Below are positions 52,806-63,750 of a DNA stretch of 64,000 nt, in pieces. The notes under the pieces were generated by a model. It searched no databases and was not told where the DNA came from. It was given only the letters and a program-made list of their open reading frames with translations. Within the stretch, counting starts at the first letter, position 1. The number at the start of each line of letters is the position of its first letter. The translations under genes were made by a program, and so were the position numbers. This DNA is from Leucoraja erinacea (lineage: Eukaryota), in NCBI RefSeq assembly GCF_028641065.1, contig NC_073396.1, positions 18,228,001 through 18,292,000 on the forward strand. Reading direction: 5' to 3'.

Positions 52806-53604
52806 TTCTCTCCCTCTACCATCCCATCTTTCTCCTCCCCATTTCTCTCATCCTCCCCTCACTCCCATTCCCTGTCCCAGCACCTACCCAGGTCGTAGAG
52901 CATGGCCTGGAACTTGACCTGGTTCTCGTGCCCGGCCCTGGCTGTAGGTGGCCGAAACACTCGAGGGTGTGGGCCTCGACGGAGCCAGGCTCGCTGTGCC
53001 GGGTGAGGGTGAGGGTGGCGGGCGGCGGGCGGCTGAGCCAGAGCTGCCCGCAGAGCAGGAAGCGGAGGCTGTGCTGCAGGATGGCGGTAGCCAGGCGGGC
53101 CCCGCGGCGCTGGTACACCTTGACCCAGGCCTCGGGCTTGGGTACAACTCCAACCCTCAGCTCGGCCGCCACCTGGGCTCCAGTCCAGGCCCCGACTTCA
53201 TCTCCGAGCTCATCCCGGACCCAAGCTCATCCTTGGTTCCAGGGCTTGGCCCGCGGCACCACCCTCCCCACCAGGTACTGTGCGGCCGCAGCTCCTTGAG
53301 CGGCAGCGCCACTCCTTCACCATGGCAACCTCCAGCCGATTTACATCGGATGCGGCCAATCAGTGCGATGCCCCTTCATGACCTGACAGGAGAGACCAAT
53401 CTGCGTTGTGTGACTCTGCGCATGCACAGGTTTTACGATTTTTAAACCTTAATAACTTTTACAATATCCCCTTGATCGGAACGAAACTTGTTGCACAGGA
53501 GAACGGGGGTGAGTAAGCTAGCAAATAATTGTGGCGCTATTGCTTACATAGAAAAACCACGCAAACCGGAAGAGCACAAGATCAGAGTTTTAGTCATGTA
53601 TAGA
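52098..53604 (-). mobile_element. Non-autonomous Helitron with captured GC-rich cargo
   Basis: On the minus strand: A|TCTATACATGACTAAAACTCTG ... GGGACCC-AAC-GGATCCC hairpin, ACTTAGT-CTAG|T. Inserted between A and T with no TIR or TSD. The 5' end is slightly ambiguous because of the adjacent (GATA)n. Confidence 0.8.
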
Positions 53605-53655
53605 TAGAAGATAGATAGATAGATAGATAGAAAGACAGACAGACAGACAGACAGA
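53601..53655. repeat. (GATA)n(GACA)n microsatellite
   Basis: Read directly from the sequence. Confidence 0.9.
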
Positions 53656-54013
53656 TCAGATGAAACCCATGGATAGATCAAGAATCATGAAGCACAGATT
53701 GCTCTTAATAGTATATGTGAGGGGCTTGTGGAAGAATCACTTCTAACAGAGAGAGCATTAACCTGTTTTTCAAATGCTCATCCAGGGGAGAGTTTCAAAC
53801 TCGTGAATACTTTGTGTTTCTTGCAGAACACCAACAGTGAAATTATGTATGATTATGAATAGAGACAATTTAATAATCCAAGGGCACGGTCAATATCCAA
53901 AAAGTGAACCTTTTCACTGGTAGTCTTGCTTTAGCTTTCAGCACTGCTAACTCTATTTTAGATATTCACCTTTGCTGCCTTGGTACTTAACTAACATATC
54001 TTGTATATTCTAG

Positions 54014-54186
54014 AGAGGCATATGCACAAGGCAAGAAGGAAAAACCACCATTCTTGCCAGAGGAGCCTTCATCATCATCGGAAGAAGAAGATCCAATTCC
54101 CGATGAACTGTTGTGCCTTATCTGCAAAGATCTCATGACGGATGCTGTTGTCATACCATGCTGTGGAAACAGTTATTGTGATGAAT
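54014..54186 (+). CDS. RBBP6: RBBP6 exon 8 (RING N-terminal half), GC donor
   Basis: ttctag|EAYAQGKKEKPPFLPEEPSSSSEEEDPIPDELLCLICKDLMTDAVVIPCCGNSYCDE-T|gcaagt. Confidence 0.95.
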
Positions 54187-54259
54187 GCAAGTGATTTTGA
54201 GTATTTGCGTCTTCTTGACTTTTGTATTTGTATCTAAACGAAGCCTATCTGCCTGTATG

Positions 54260-56100
54260 GAGTAATACAGCATGGAAACAGACCCTTCGGCCCAACTTGC
54301 CCACGCTAACAATCTCGTAGGGAGGACAGTTCACTGATCACATGCCCCACATTCCCTATCCAAGGACCTGTCCAAATGTTTCTTAAACATTGCAATAGTT
54401 CCTGTCTCTACAGCTTGTTCCATTCCCCATCACCGCCCCCCCCCCCCCCCCCCCCCACCTTCAACCTATGTCCTCTTGTTCTCGATTCCCCTACTCTGGG
54501 CAAAAGAATGTGCGTTTACCCAAGCTATTCATCCCATGATTTTGCATTCCTCTAAGATCACCCCTCATCCTCCTGCCTCCAAGCAATAAAGCCCTAGCCT
54601 GTCAACCTCACCCTATAGCTCAATCCATTGAGTCCTGTCAACATCCTGGTAATTCTTCACAACCTCTGAACCTCTTCTCCTTCTATACTTCATGACCACC
54701 CTATCCACCTGTGATGCCACTGCCAGGGAACTATGCACCTGCACTCCTAGATCCCTCTGTTCCACAGTACTCCCCAGATCCCTACCATTCACTGTGTAGG
54801 TGCTGCCCATGTTAGACCTCCCAAAATGCAACGGCTCATTTCTCTGTATTAAATTCCATCCACCATTCCTCGGCCCACCTGCCCAATCAATCATGATCCA
54901 GCTGCAATTTTTGACAACCATCTTCACTGTCTACAATATCAGCCACTTTATTGTCAACTGCAAACTTGCTAATCATGCCATGTATGTTCTCATCCAAATC
55001 ATTGATATAGATGGCAAACAGCAATGGGCCCAGCACCGAACCCTGAGGCACATCACTAGTCACAAACCTCCAGTCTGAAAAACGTCCTTCCACCATCATC
55101 TTCCACTCCTTTCCATGAAGCTAATTTTCTATCCTTTTACTTCTTTCTCCTTGGATCCCATGCGATTAAACCTTCCTGATCAGCCTATCATTGTGGAACC
55201 TTGTTGAATGTCTTGCTGAAATCCATATATCCATCTACAGCTCTCCCCTCATCAACCTTTTTGGTCACAACAAAATAACTCAAATCAGATTTGTGAGACA
55301 CAACTACCATGCAGGCAGCATCTCTGGATCAGTTATTCTAGTATTTAGTGTCTACCTTCAATTTATACCAGCATCTGCAGTTCTTTCCTACACATGTATA
55401 AATCCATACTGACTGCACCTGCAATCTCCCGTCGAGCTTCCTACAGTGTCCTTGGATATATGTGATCAGGCCCAGGAGATTTGTCATATGCATCAGGACC
55501 TTCAGCACCTCCTTGACTAATAGTGACTGCTCTCAAGACATTTCCATTGGCTGTCCCAGGATCCCCAATCCTCATGTCTTCACAGTAAAAACATAGGAGA
55601 AATACTCGTTGAGGACCTTGCCCATCTACTGTGGCTCTAAACAGAGTTGACTGCATTGATTCCTCAAGGGTTCTATTCTCTTCACTAGTTACCCTTTTTC
55701 CTTTTGTATATACTTATACAATCTCTTGGGATTATCTTTAATGCTATTTGCCAGAGCAATATCCTGTCCACTTTTTGCCCACCTGATTTCCTTTTTAAAC
55801 TTACTCCTCAGTTCAGGAAACTCCTCCAGGGATACACTTGATCCCATCTGCTTATACCTGTTCCATGCCTCCTTCGTCCTCTTGACCAGAGCCTCAATTT
55901 CCCTTGTCATCCAATTTTCCTTACGTTCACCTGCCTTGCCCTTAAATTTTAACAGGAACTTGCATGTCCTGGACTCCTGTTAGCATACTTTTTAAAACTT
56001 TCCCGATGTCCCCTTTTCCTTTAAACAACTTCTAATCAACCTGAGCGAGTTCTTGTCTTATACCTTCAAAGTTGGCCGTGCCCCAATTTGGATTTTTTAC
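54260..56100 (-). mobile_element. Degenerate CR1 LINE (RT and upstream ORF2)
   Basis: VPQGSVLGPLLFAIYINDLD..ISKFAVD, KSPGPDHIYPRTL, LANSIKDNPKRLYKYI. Confidence 0.85.
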
Positions 56101-56684
56101 TTTTAACCCAGAGTAGGGGAATCAAGAACCAGACCTGAATGTTATAATTTAAGAGGGGATGCATCTAACCTCGTCTTAGCTATCGCGTCTTCTCTCTCAT
56201 GAAGCATTTTCAACGTACAGATATTTCTGTGCTGTATGGAAAATGAGCTCTATTTCTAATAGGTGGGATTTAAGGTCAAAAGGCTTCAGATTATTCAGAA
56301 AGATACAGCATGGAGCAGGCCCTTCGGCCCACAGATTCCGCGCCAGCCATCGATCACTCTGTACGCTAGCATTATGTTACACACCAGGGACAAATTATAG
56401 TTTACTGCAGCCAATTAATCTACAATCTTGTACGTGTGGAATGTGGGAGGAAATTGCAGCTCCCGGAGAAAATCCACGTGGTAAAACCAGTTGGGCCACT
56501 GTGCAGGCCTAATCTTATATCTACCAATTATCTTCATGGCTCAATGTGTTGTATCATCTGCTCCCGTAACTACGTGTGCCATGAACAGTAAATTAGTGGG
56601 CACGTTTTGTACATCAGATCTGCAGTGATTTTTTGCATTTTATTGCTTACAAATTGGTTATTTTTCTCTTTTTATGATATGCAG

Positions 56685-56788
56685 GTATTAGAACATCACT
56701 ACTGGAATCTGAGGAACATACTTGCCCTACCTGCCACCAAACAGATGTTTCTCCAGATGCTCTAATTGCAAATAAATTCTTAAGACAG
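56685..56788 (+). CDS. RBBP6: RBBP6 exon 9 (RING C-terminal half)
   Basis: atgcag|(C)IRTSLLESEEHTCPTCHQTDVSPDALIANKFLRQ|gtatgc. Confidence 0.97.
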
Positions 56789-57296
56789 GTATGCTTGAGT
56801 TTCTTGCATAATGCTTCAATTCAAAATCTAATGTCACTAATTTAAACATGTATACAACAAAGTGGATTGATCCATCATCCTCAACGTAATGTATTTAGAT
56901 TTAGGCAGGAGGGTGCGAACCAGAGTAGTACGGGTTAGGACCTGTGTCTCCAAGGAAGTACAGACAGGGAGAGCTGAAAGAATATGGTGACGCTGATGAG
57001 CTGAAGTGTGTTTATTTCAATACAAGGAGCATTGTAACATAGAGAAACATAGAGCCTGGATTAATGCTTGGGACTATCTGGTTGTAGCCATAGTGGAAAC
57101 TGTCAAGGCGGCACTCAGAGAGGACATACTGGAGGGTTTGTCCCCTGAGGCACTATAAGGAGCTTAGAAACGAGAAAGGTATAAAAAACACTATAATCGG
57201 ATTGTTCCATCGGCCCCAAATAGCAAGCTGGAGATAGAGGAATAGATATGCAGACATATTACCGAAAGGTGACAAAGCAACAGGGTTGTCTTCGTG

Positions 57297-57722
57297 CAGG
57301 GGTCGGCAACCTACGGCCCGTAACCCGAAATCATCCGGCCCGCAGGTGGATTTTTTTTTTCCCCGTAATCATCCAGCCCGCCCCGAGTGCGGCCGACCTC
57401 TGGCTGTACAGCATCCTGCGCAAAGCCGCCTGCACGGCCGCGTACCTTGTGGGAACACGTTTAAGAAAGAATTGCAGATGCTGGAAAAATGGAAGGTAGA
57501 CAAAAATGCTGGAGAAACTCAGCAGGTGAGACATGCAGCCATTGCATGAGGCTGCCTCACCCGCTGAGTTTATCCAGCATTTTTGTCTACCTTCAGTGAA
57601 CACGTGATTTGATGCCTGCCATCCGGGGCGGGATCCATGTGTACATGTGATAGATGTGGCCCACCATCCGCTCACAGGCATGCGTCCCGGCCCCAAGGCA
57701 GAACAAAGATTGCCGACCCCTG
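57297..57722. mobile_element. hAT-type MITE (composite), copy 2
   Basis: TIRs CAGGGGTCGGCAACCT / AGATTGCCGACCCCTG; TSD TCTTCGTG / TCTTAGTG; homologous to 17682-18182. Confidence 0.9.
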
Positions 57723-58004
57723 TCTTAGTGGATGATTTTAGCTTTCCCAATATGGACTGGGACTTGCTCAGTGCCAACGACTTAGAGGCAGCAAAATTTG
57801 AGAGGTGCAGGCAAGAGGATTTCTTGAAAAAGTATGTGGATCGTCTAACCTGAGAAAGGAACATACTCGACCTTGTGTTGAGTAATCAGTGGAAGAGCAT
57901 TTTGGTGGTAGTGATCATAACTGTATAAGGTTTAAGATTGTTTTGAATAGTGACAAGATTGGACTTTGCGGGAAGGTGCTCAGGCAACCTATGATGTTAT
58001 TAGG

Positions 58005-58047
58005 CAGGATATCAGGAGGCTATACAGGATATCAGGAGGCTATACAG
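58005..58047. repeat. 20-bp tandem duplication
   Basis: (CAGGATATCAGGAGGCTATA)x2 plus CAG. Confidence 0.9.
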
Positions 58048-59346
58048 AGAGCAATTGTTTTTGGGTAAGCTCACATCTGACATGTGGGAGTTGTTTAAAG
58101 GCCAGTTAATTGGTGTATAGGACGGCCTGTTCCAATAAGGAGGAGGGATATAAGGATAGCAAAGTAAGGGAATTTTGGATGAGAAAAGAGGTTGTAAAGT
58201 TGGTCAAAAAGAAAAAGGGAACACATCAAGGTTTAAGAGATTAGAATCAGAGAGGGTTTTTGAGGAATATAATGAAAGGAAGAAACACCTCAAGAGGGCG
58301 ATTTAAAAAGGGCCATGAAATGTCTTTGGCAAGTCGGATTAAAGAAAATTTTTGAAAACATGCTCGTGTTTTTTCAGGAAGTGACGAAGGTGAGCAATAG
58401 ATTTTGTCTACGTCCCATGGTAGGCTGATCCAGAAGATTAAGTTGTACAGTGTTAATAGTGACTTGGTTGTATTGATTTGGAACTGGCTTGCTGATAGAA
58501 GACAGGGCTACAGTGGAAAGAGAATATTCAGGTTGGAGGTCATCGACCAGTGGAGTTTCACAAGGGAATGCTTCTGTTTGTGATATATATAAATGACTTG
58601 GATGTAAATGTAGACTGTTTGGTTAGTAAGTTTGCAGATGACACCAAGATTGCAGTGGTCTCGGACATTGAGGAAGGCTTGAAGGCATACAGCTGGTATA
58701 TATTTGATCAGCTGCATAAATGGGCATTCAAGTGTCAGATGGAATTTAATCTGAGCAAGTGTTTAATGTTGCACTTTGGGAGGTCAAATGTATGGAGGAA
58801 ATTTACAATTAAAAGCATGAGCCTTGACAGTATTGATGTACAGAGGGATCTTGGGCTCCAAATCCATAACTCCCTGAGAGTGACAACACAAGTAAATATA
58901 GTGGTAAAGAACGCATATGGTATGCTTGCCTCCATAGGTCAACCATTAAGTATAACAGTTAGAAAGTCATGATGCAGCTTTATCGGACTTTGGCTAGGTG
59001 GTACGGTGCCCTCCATAATGTTTGGGACAAAGACCCATAATTTATTTATTTGCCTCTGTACTTTGAGATGTAATAGAAAAAAAATCAAGTGGTTAAAGTG
59101 CACATTGTCAGATTTTATTACGTCATTTTTATAAATTTTGGTTTCATCATGTCGAAATTACAGCAATGCTTATACATTGTATCCCCATTTCAGGGCACCA
59201 TGGTGTTTGGGACACTTGACTTCACAAGCGTTTGTAATTGCTCAGGTGTGTTGCCTCCTTAATGCAGGTATAAGAGCGCTCTCAGCACCCAGTCTTTCCT
59301 CCAGTTTTTCCATAATCTTCGGAAATGTTTATTGATGTTTATCACC

Positions 59347-60354
59347 ATGCAGACCAATGTTGTGCCAATGAAAGTCAAAGAAGCCATTATGAGACTGAGA
59401 AACAAGAATAAAACTGTTAGAGGCATCAGCCAAACAGGCTTACCAAAATCAACTGTTTGGAACATTAAGAAGAGAGCACTGGTGAGCTTACTAATTGCAA
59501 AAGGACTGGCAGGCCAAGACCACCACAGCTGATGAAAGAAGAATTCTCTCTATAATAAAGAAAAATCCCCAAACACTTGTCCGGCAGATCAGAAACACTC
59601 TCAGGAGTCAGGTGTGGATTTGTCAATGACCACTGTCTGTATAATACTTCAAGAACAGAAATAGAGAGGCTACACTGCAAGATGCAAACCATTGGTTAGC
59701 TGCAAAAATAGGATGGTCAGGTTACAGTTTGCCAAGAAGTTATTAAAAGAGCAACCACAGTTCTGGAAAAGGGTCTTGTGGACAGATGAGATGAAGATTA
59801 ACATATCAGAGTGATGGCAAGAGCAAAGTATGGAGGAGAGAAGGAACTCCCCAAGATCCAAAGCATACCATCTGTGAAACACTGGTGGGGTGTTACGGCC
59901 TGGGCATGTATGGCTGCTGGAAGTACTGACTCACTTATCTTCATTGATGATACAACTGCTGATGGTAGTAGCATTATGAATTCTGAAGTGTATAGACGCA
60001 TCCTATCTGCTCAAGTTCAAACAATGCCTCAAAACTCATTGGCCGGCGGTTCATTCTACAGCAAGACAATGATCGCAAACATACTGCTAAAGCAACAAAA
60101 GGAGTTTCTCAAAGCCGAAAAATGTTCAATTCTTGAGTGGCCAAGTTCATCACCCATTCTGAACCCAGTTGAGCATGCCTTTTATTTGCTGAAGAGAACC
60201 AAAGGGAACTAGCCCCCAAAAGCATAAGCTAAAGATGGCTGCAAAACAGGCCTGGCAGAGCATCACCAGAGAAGACACCCAGCAACTGGTGATGTCCATG
60301 AATCACAGACTTCAAGCAGTCATTGCATGCAAAGGATATGCAACACAATACTAA
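59347..60354 (+). pseudogene. Frameshifted Tc1 DD34E transposase
   Basis: HTH region (KSTVWNIKK), VLWTDEMKIN, SVKH..WACM, LQQDND..34 aa..WPSSSPILNPVE after correcting one frameshift. Confidence 0.9.
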
Positions 60355-60441
60355 ACATGACTACTTTCATTTACATGACATTGCTGTGTCCCAAACATTA
60401 CAGTGCCCTGAAATAGGGGGACTATGTATAAACACTACTGT

Positions 60442-60914
60442 GGATTGTCACCTTGTCGTGGTGGAGAAGCTTGTGTGATCCTGAGAGCGATGCCTTCTGG
60501 ACCTATGCTTCTGGTAGGGCCATTCATGGCGGTACGGTCGAGAGGGAGGTCTCTGACAAAGAGCAATCCAACCACGACCTCAACGGTAGAACAGGCGGAG
60601 GGTGATGGCTGACCTCAGAGTAGTGTAACAACGGTTTTGAAGGCAGAGGAAGGCTGCAGCAGAATAGGGTCTCCGGTTGTCTTGGACTCCATGCCACTGG
60701 ATCCTGACGCAGATCTGTCAAGGACCGTGTGGTGGCTGTCTGTGCACCAGTCTCCCCACGTTAAACAAAGTCACGCACCATTGGTCTCCACTGCCCACGT
60801 TGCTCCAAGGTGTGTGGATCGCGGATCGGCCTCTACAGACATCTGCAGACCCACAAGTAGACGACCCTATGGAGAAGAGAGCACAGACATACTCGTTTCG
60901 AGTGACCGCCAATG
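60442..60914 (+). mobile_element. Short bipartite RTE-clade retroelement (5' UTR fused to 3' end)
   Basis: Interrupts the right Tc1 TIR. Begins GTCACCTTGTCGTGGTGGAG (resembles RTE 5' ends as I recall them); 60783-60860 encodes GLHCPRCSKVCGSRIGLYRHLQTHK*, an RTE-type C-terminal zinc finger. Confidence 0.72.
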
Positions 60915-61760
60915 AATTTGTGCATGGTGAATCCAAAATGTATAGAAGTGGCCTTTATTAAAATCTGACAATGTGCTTTTTTTTCTATTACAAATCTCAA
61001 ATTGTGGCGTACAGAGTCAAATAAATAAATGATGGGTCTTTGTCCCAAACATTATGGAGGGCACTGTATGTGGAATATTGTGTGCAATTCTAGTTTTCCC
61101 CATTACAGGAAGGATGTGGGGGCTTAGAAAAGAATGCAGAGGAGGTTTACCAGAAAGGTGCCGTTCGTGGGGGTATTGGTTGGGCGAGCTTGGACAGACT
61201 TGGATTATTTTCCCTGGAACACCAAAAGTTGTAGGGAGACCTGATAGAAGTATATAATTATGAGAGGCATAGATAGAGTAGCCACAATCTTTTTCCCAGG
61301 GTGGTAAAAGCAAATACTAGAGGTGAGATGGGCAGTTTAAAGCAGATATGCGGGACAAGTTTTTACATGGGTTCATGAGTGCCTGGAACGTGCTGCTGGG
61401 GGTGGTAGTTGAAGCAGATTAGTCAGTGGCATTTAAAATTACTTTTGATAGGTATATGGATATGGAGGAATGTAGGCTATGTGCAGGTAGGTAAGTGACA
61501 TAATGTTCGGCATCATTTGGTATGTTCGGAACAGACATTGTGGGTCAATGGCCCTGTTCTTGCGTTGTTCTGTTCTATGGTTTATGTATTAATACAGTAA
61601 TCTCTACAAATTTGATTTGGCAAACGATTATGTGAACTAAATCAGTAAGTTGCTGATAAACAAAATTCTATAAATTTGACTATTTGGATCAACCAAGCAA
61701 TAACTTGAAGCGGATGGAGTTTCTGTTCAATCACATCAATAGAATTCTTTGCTTTTGCAG

Positions 61761-62164
61761 GCTGTTAACAACTTCAAAAATGAAACCGGCTACACAAAAA
61801 GATCTCGTAAACAGCAGCTGACCCAGCAGCTGACCCAGCAGCAGCCACGGCTACCTTCTCTTCCAATTCAAAATCAGCTGCCCAGTCTGAGGCCATTGCA
61901 TTCCATCAACCCTCAGACTGTTTTGCCCTCAACTAGAACAGCCATCTCAAAGTCGGCAGATCTCCCACTGACTAGTGCTTCTGCAACTGGGCAGGTTTCT
62001 GTTGCTATCTCCCTTCCGAGTGCAGCTTCCGCCCCAGTACGTGCTGCTTCTCCTGCAAAAGGAAACCGAGATTCCTCTGCTGCCAGTATCCCTGCTCCAG
62101 ACGTATCAACAGTAGCTGTTCAGCTTCATCATTTACCTTCAAAACATGAGGAAGGAGATATTCT
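61761..62164 (+). CDS. RBBP6: RBBP6 exon 10
   Basis: ttgcag|AVNNFKNETGYTKRSRKQQ..PAPDVSTVAVQLH..EGDI|gtaagt. Confidence 0.92.
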
Positions 62165-62739
62165 GTAAGTTTTATCCTTGTATGAACAGATAACGATTGA
62201 AAAGCATCTGAGAAAACTGTTTAGCAGACTGTATAAATGAATAAGAATTTCTGTACAGGAGTACCCATCAGTCCACTGTTCATGTGCCTCTCCTACATGG
62301 AATAATTCAGCAGACTTAGTTTGTGTGAAGAAGGGTCCCGACCCGAAACATCAGTCATCCATGTCCTCCAGGCATGCTGCCTGGCCTGCTGAGTTACTCC
62401 AGAACTTTGTGTAGTTTCATCTGAAAACTAGGCGCCGATGCCACTGGTCTGCATCAGCAAGCTCTTCACCAGCAGGCGCACCATCCGGCTGCAGTTTTTT
62501 GTTTCTACCTAGTTTCAAGGTGATGCCGACGTGTAAAATCTGACTTGCGTAAAGATTTACAGAACATAACCCTTACATAAGTCGGGGAGTGTCTGTATTC
62601 ACTTTGCAAGATTGGGTTATGAGACCTGTCTGAGACAACAAGGGCCAATTTCAATAAGAAGGCATGACCGGTTGTAAGTAGATTGGGAGCAGATGCTCGC
62701 AGGTAAAGCAATATACAACATATGGGATGATTGTTGGTA

Positions 62740-63750
62740 CAATGGGGGAGATTTGGGGAGTTATATGTAACCAAACATATAACAGGAAACGTGAGAGTCT
62801 TTTGAGGAATATAACAGTGCAGGACAGTAATTATTAAGGAAATTAGGAGGTTAGAAAAGGGCCATGAAATATCAGCAAAAAAAAGATTAAGGGGAAATCC
62901 ATGGCATTTCGTAAAAATAGTAAGTGAAAGAGTAACCAGGCATTTATCTTTCCAATTTCCGAAGGCAGGGATTAAATAGGGCTAATCGGTATGGCTTTGT
63001 CGGAAATCCTGTCTCAATTTGATTTCTTTTTGAGAAAGTCACTAAGCATATCGATGAGAGCAATGTGATAGATGTTCACATAGACTTCAGTAAGGCCCCT
63101 GCCAGGTTTCTATATCACAAACTAATTGGAAAGGTTAGATCCCATGGGATTCAGGGCAGGGTGGCAAATTTGCACCCAGGTTGATTGGAAGTAGGAGGCA
63201 GAAGGTGATAGTGTGGTGCTATTATGATGGGATGAGTGTGAGCAAGCAGTATTGCATCACAAAGATCAGTGCTGCGACCATTGATGTTTGTCATGTGCAT
63301 TAAAAACTTGGATGTGAATATAGAAGGTATGATACCAATATATGTGATGTCGTAGATAGCAGGGAAGGTTTTCTGAAAGACTGCAGCTTTTGGATCAGCC
63401 AGAGTGAGGTAATAGCAAATAGAATTTAATCCTGACAAGTGTGAGGTGGTTGATTTTGGGAAATCAAACAAGGGTAGAATGAACACAGTAAATGGTAGGA
63501 CCTTGGAGTGTAGATAAACAGATGGACTTTGGGGTACAAATCTAGAGATCCCTAAAGGTAGCAACACGGGTGAATCGGGTAATGTAGGAATCTGGATACG
63601 TGCCATCATTGGTTGCAGCATAGACTACAAAAACTGGGACAACATATTACAACCTTTGTAAACATTGGTTAGGCTGTATATGGTGTATTGTCTGCAGTTT
63701 TGGTCATATTATAGGAAGCATGTGATTTTGCTGGAGAGGGTACACAGGCA
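62740..63750 (+). mobile_element. Highly degenerate CR1 LINE
   Basis: EFNPDKCEVVDFG and VRLYMVYCLQFW remnants. Confidence 0.7.

Larger units (their letters stand above)
59004..61066 (+). mobile_element. Tc1-family DNA transposon (IR/DR type), defective
   Basis: TA|CGGTGCCCTCCATAATGTTTGGGACAAAGACCCAT ... ATGGGTCTTTGTCCCAAACATTATGGAGGGCACTG|TA; inner repeats at ~59189-59218 and ~60386-60414. Confidence 0.93.
56905..61580 (+). mobile_element. Degenerate CR1 ORF2 interrupted by a hAT MITE and a Tc1
   Basis: LKCVYFNTRSIV (57001), NRVV|LVDDFSFPNMDW, VSKFADDTKI; RTLAR..|..VEYCVQF resumes after 61068. Confidence 0.85.
14319..62164 (+). other. RBBP6: RBBP6 gene (E3 ubiquitin ligase / 3'-end processing factor), exons 1-10, 3'-incomplete
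   Basis: Ten exons (166, 100, 37, 45, 89, 97, 140, 173, 104, 404 nt) splice into one continuous frame: DWNN, zinc knuckle, RING. Confidence 0.97.

Noticed and set aside
52037-53299. 420-aa proline-rich ORF and overlapping 196-aa ORFs
   Set aside because: They arise from poly-C low complexity and GC-rich cargo inside the Helitron and show no domain structure.
54187-56684. U12-type intron
   Set aside because: The donor GCAAGT lacks the RTATCCTT signature; it fits a U2 GC-AG intron.
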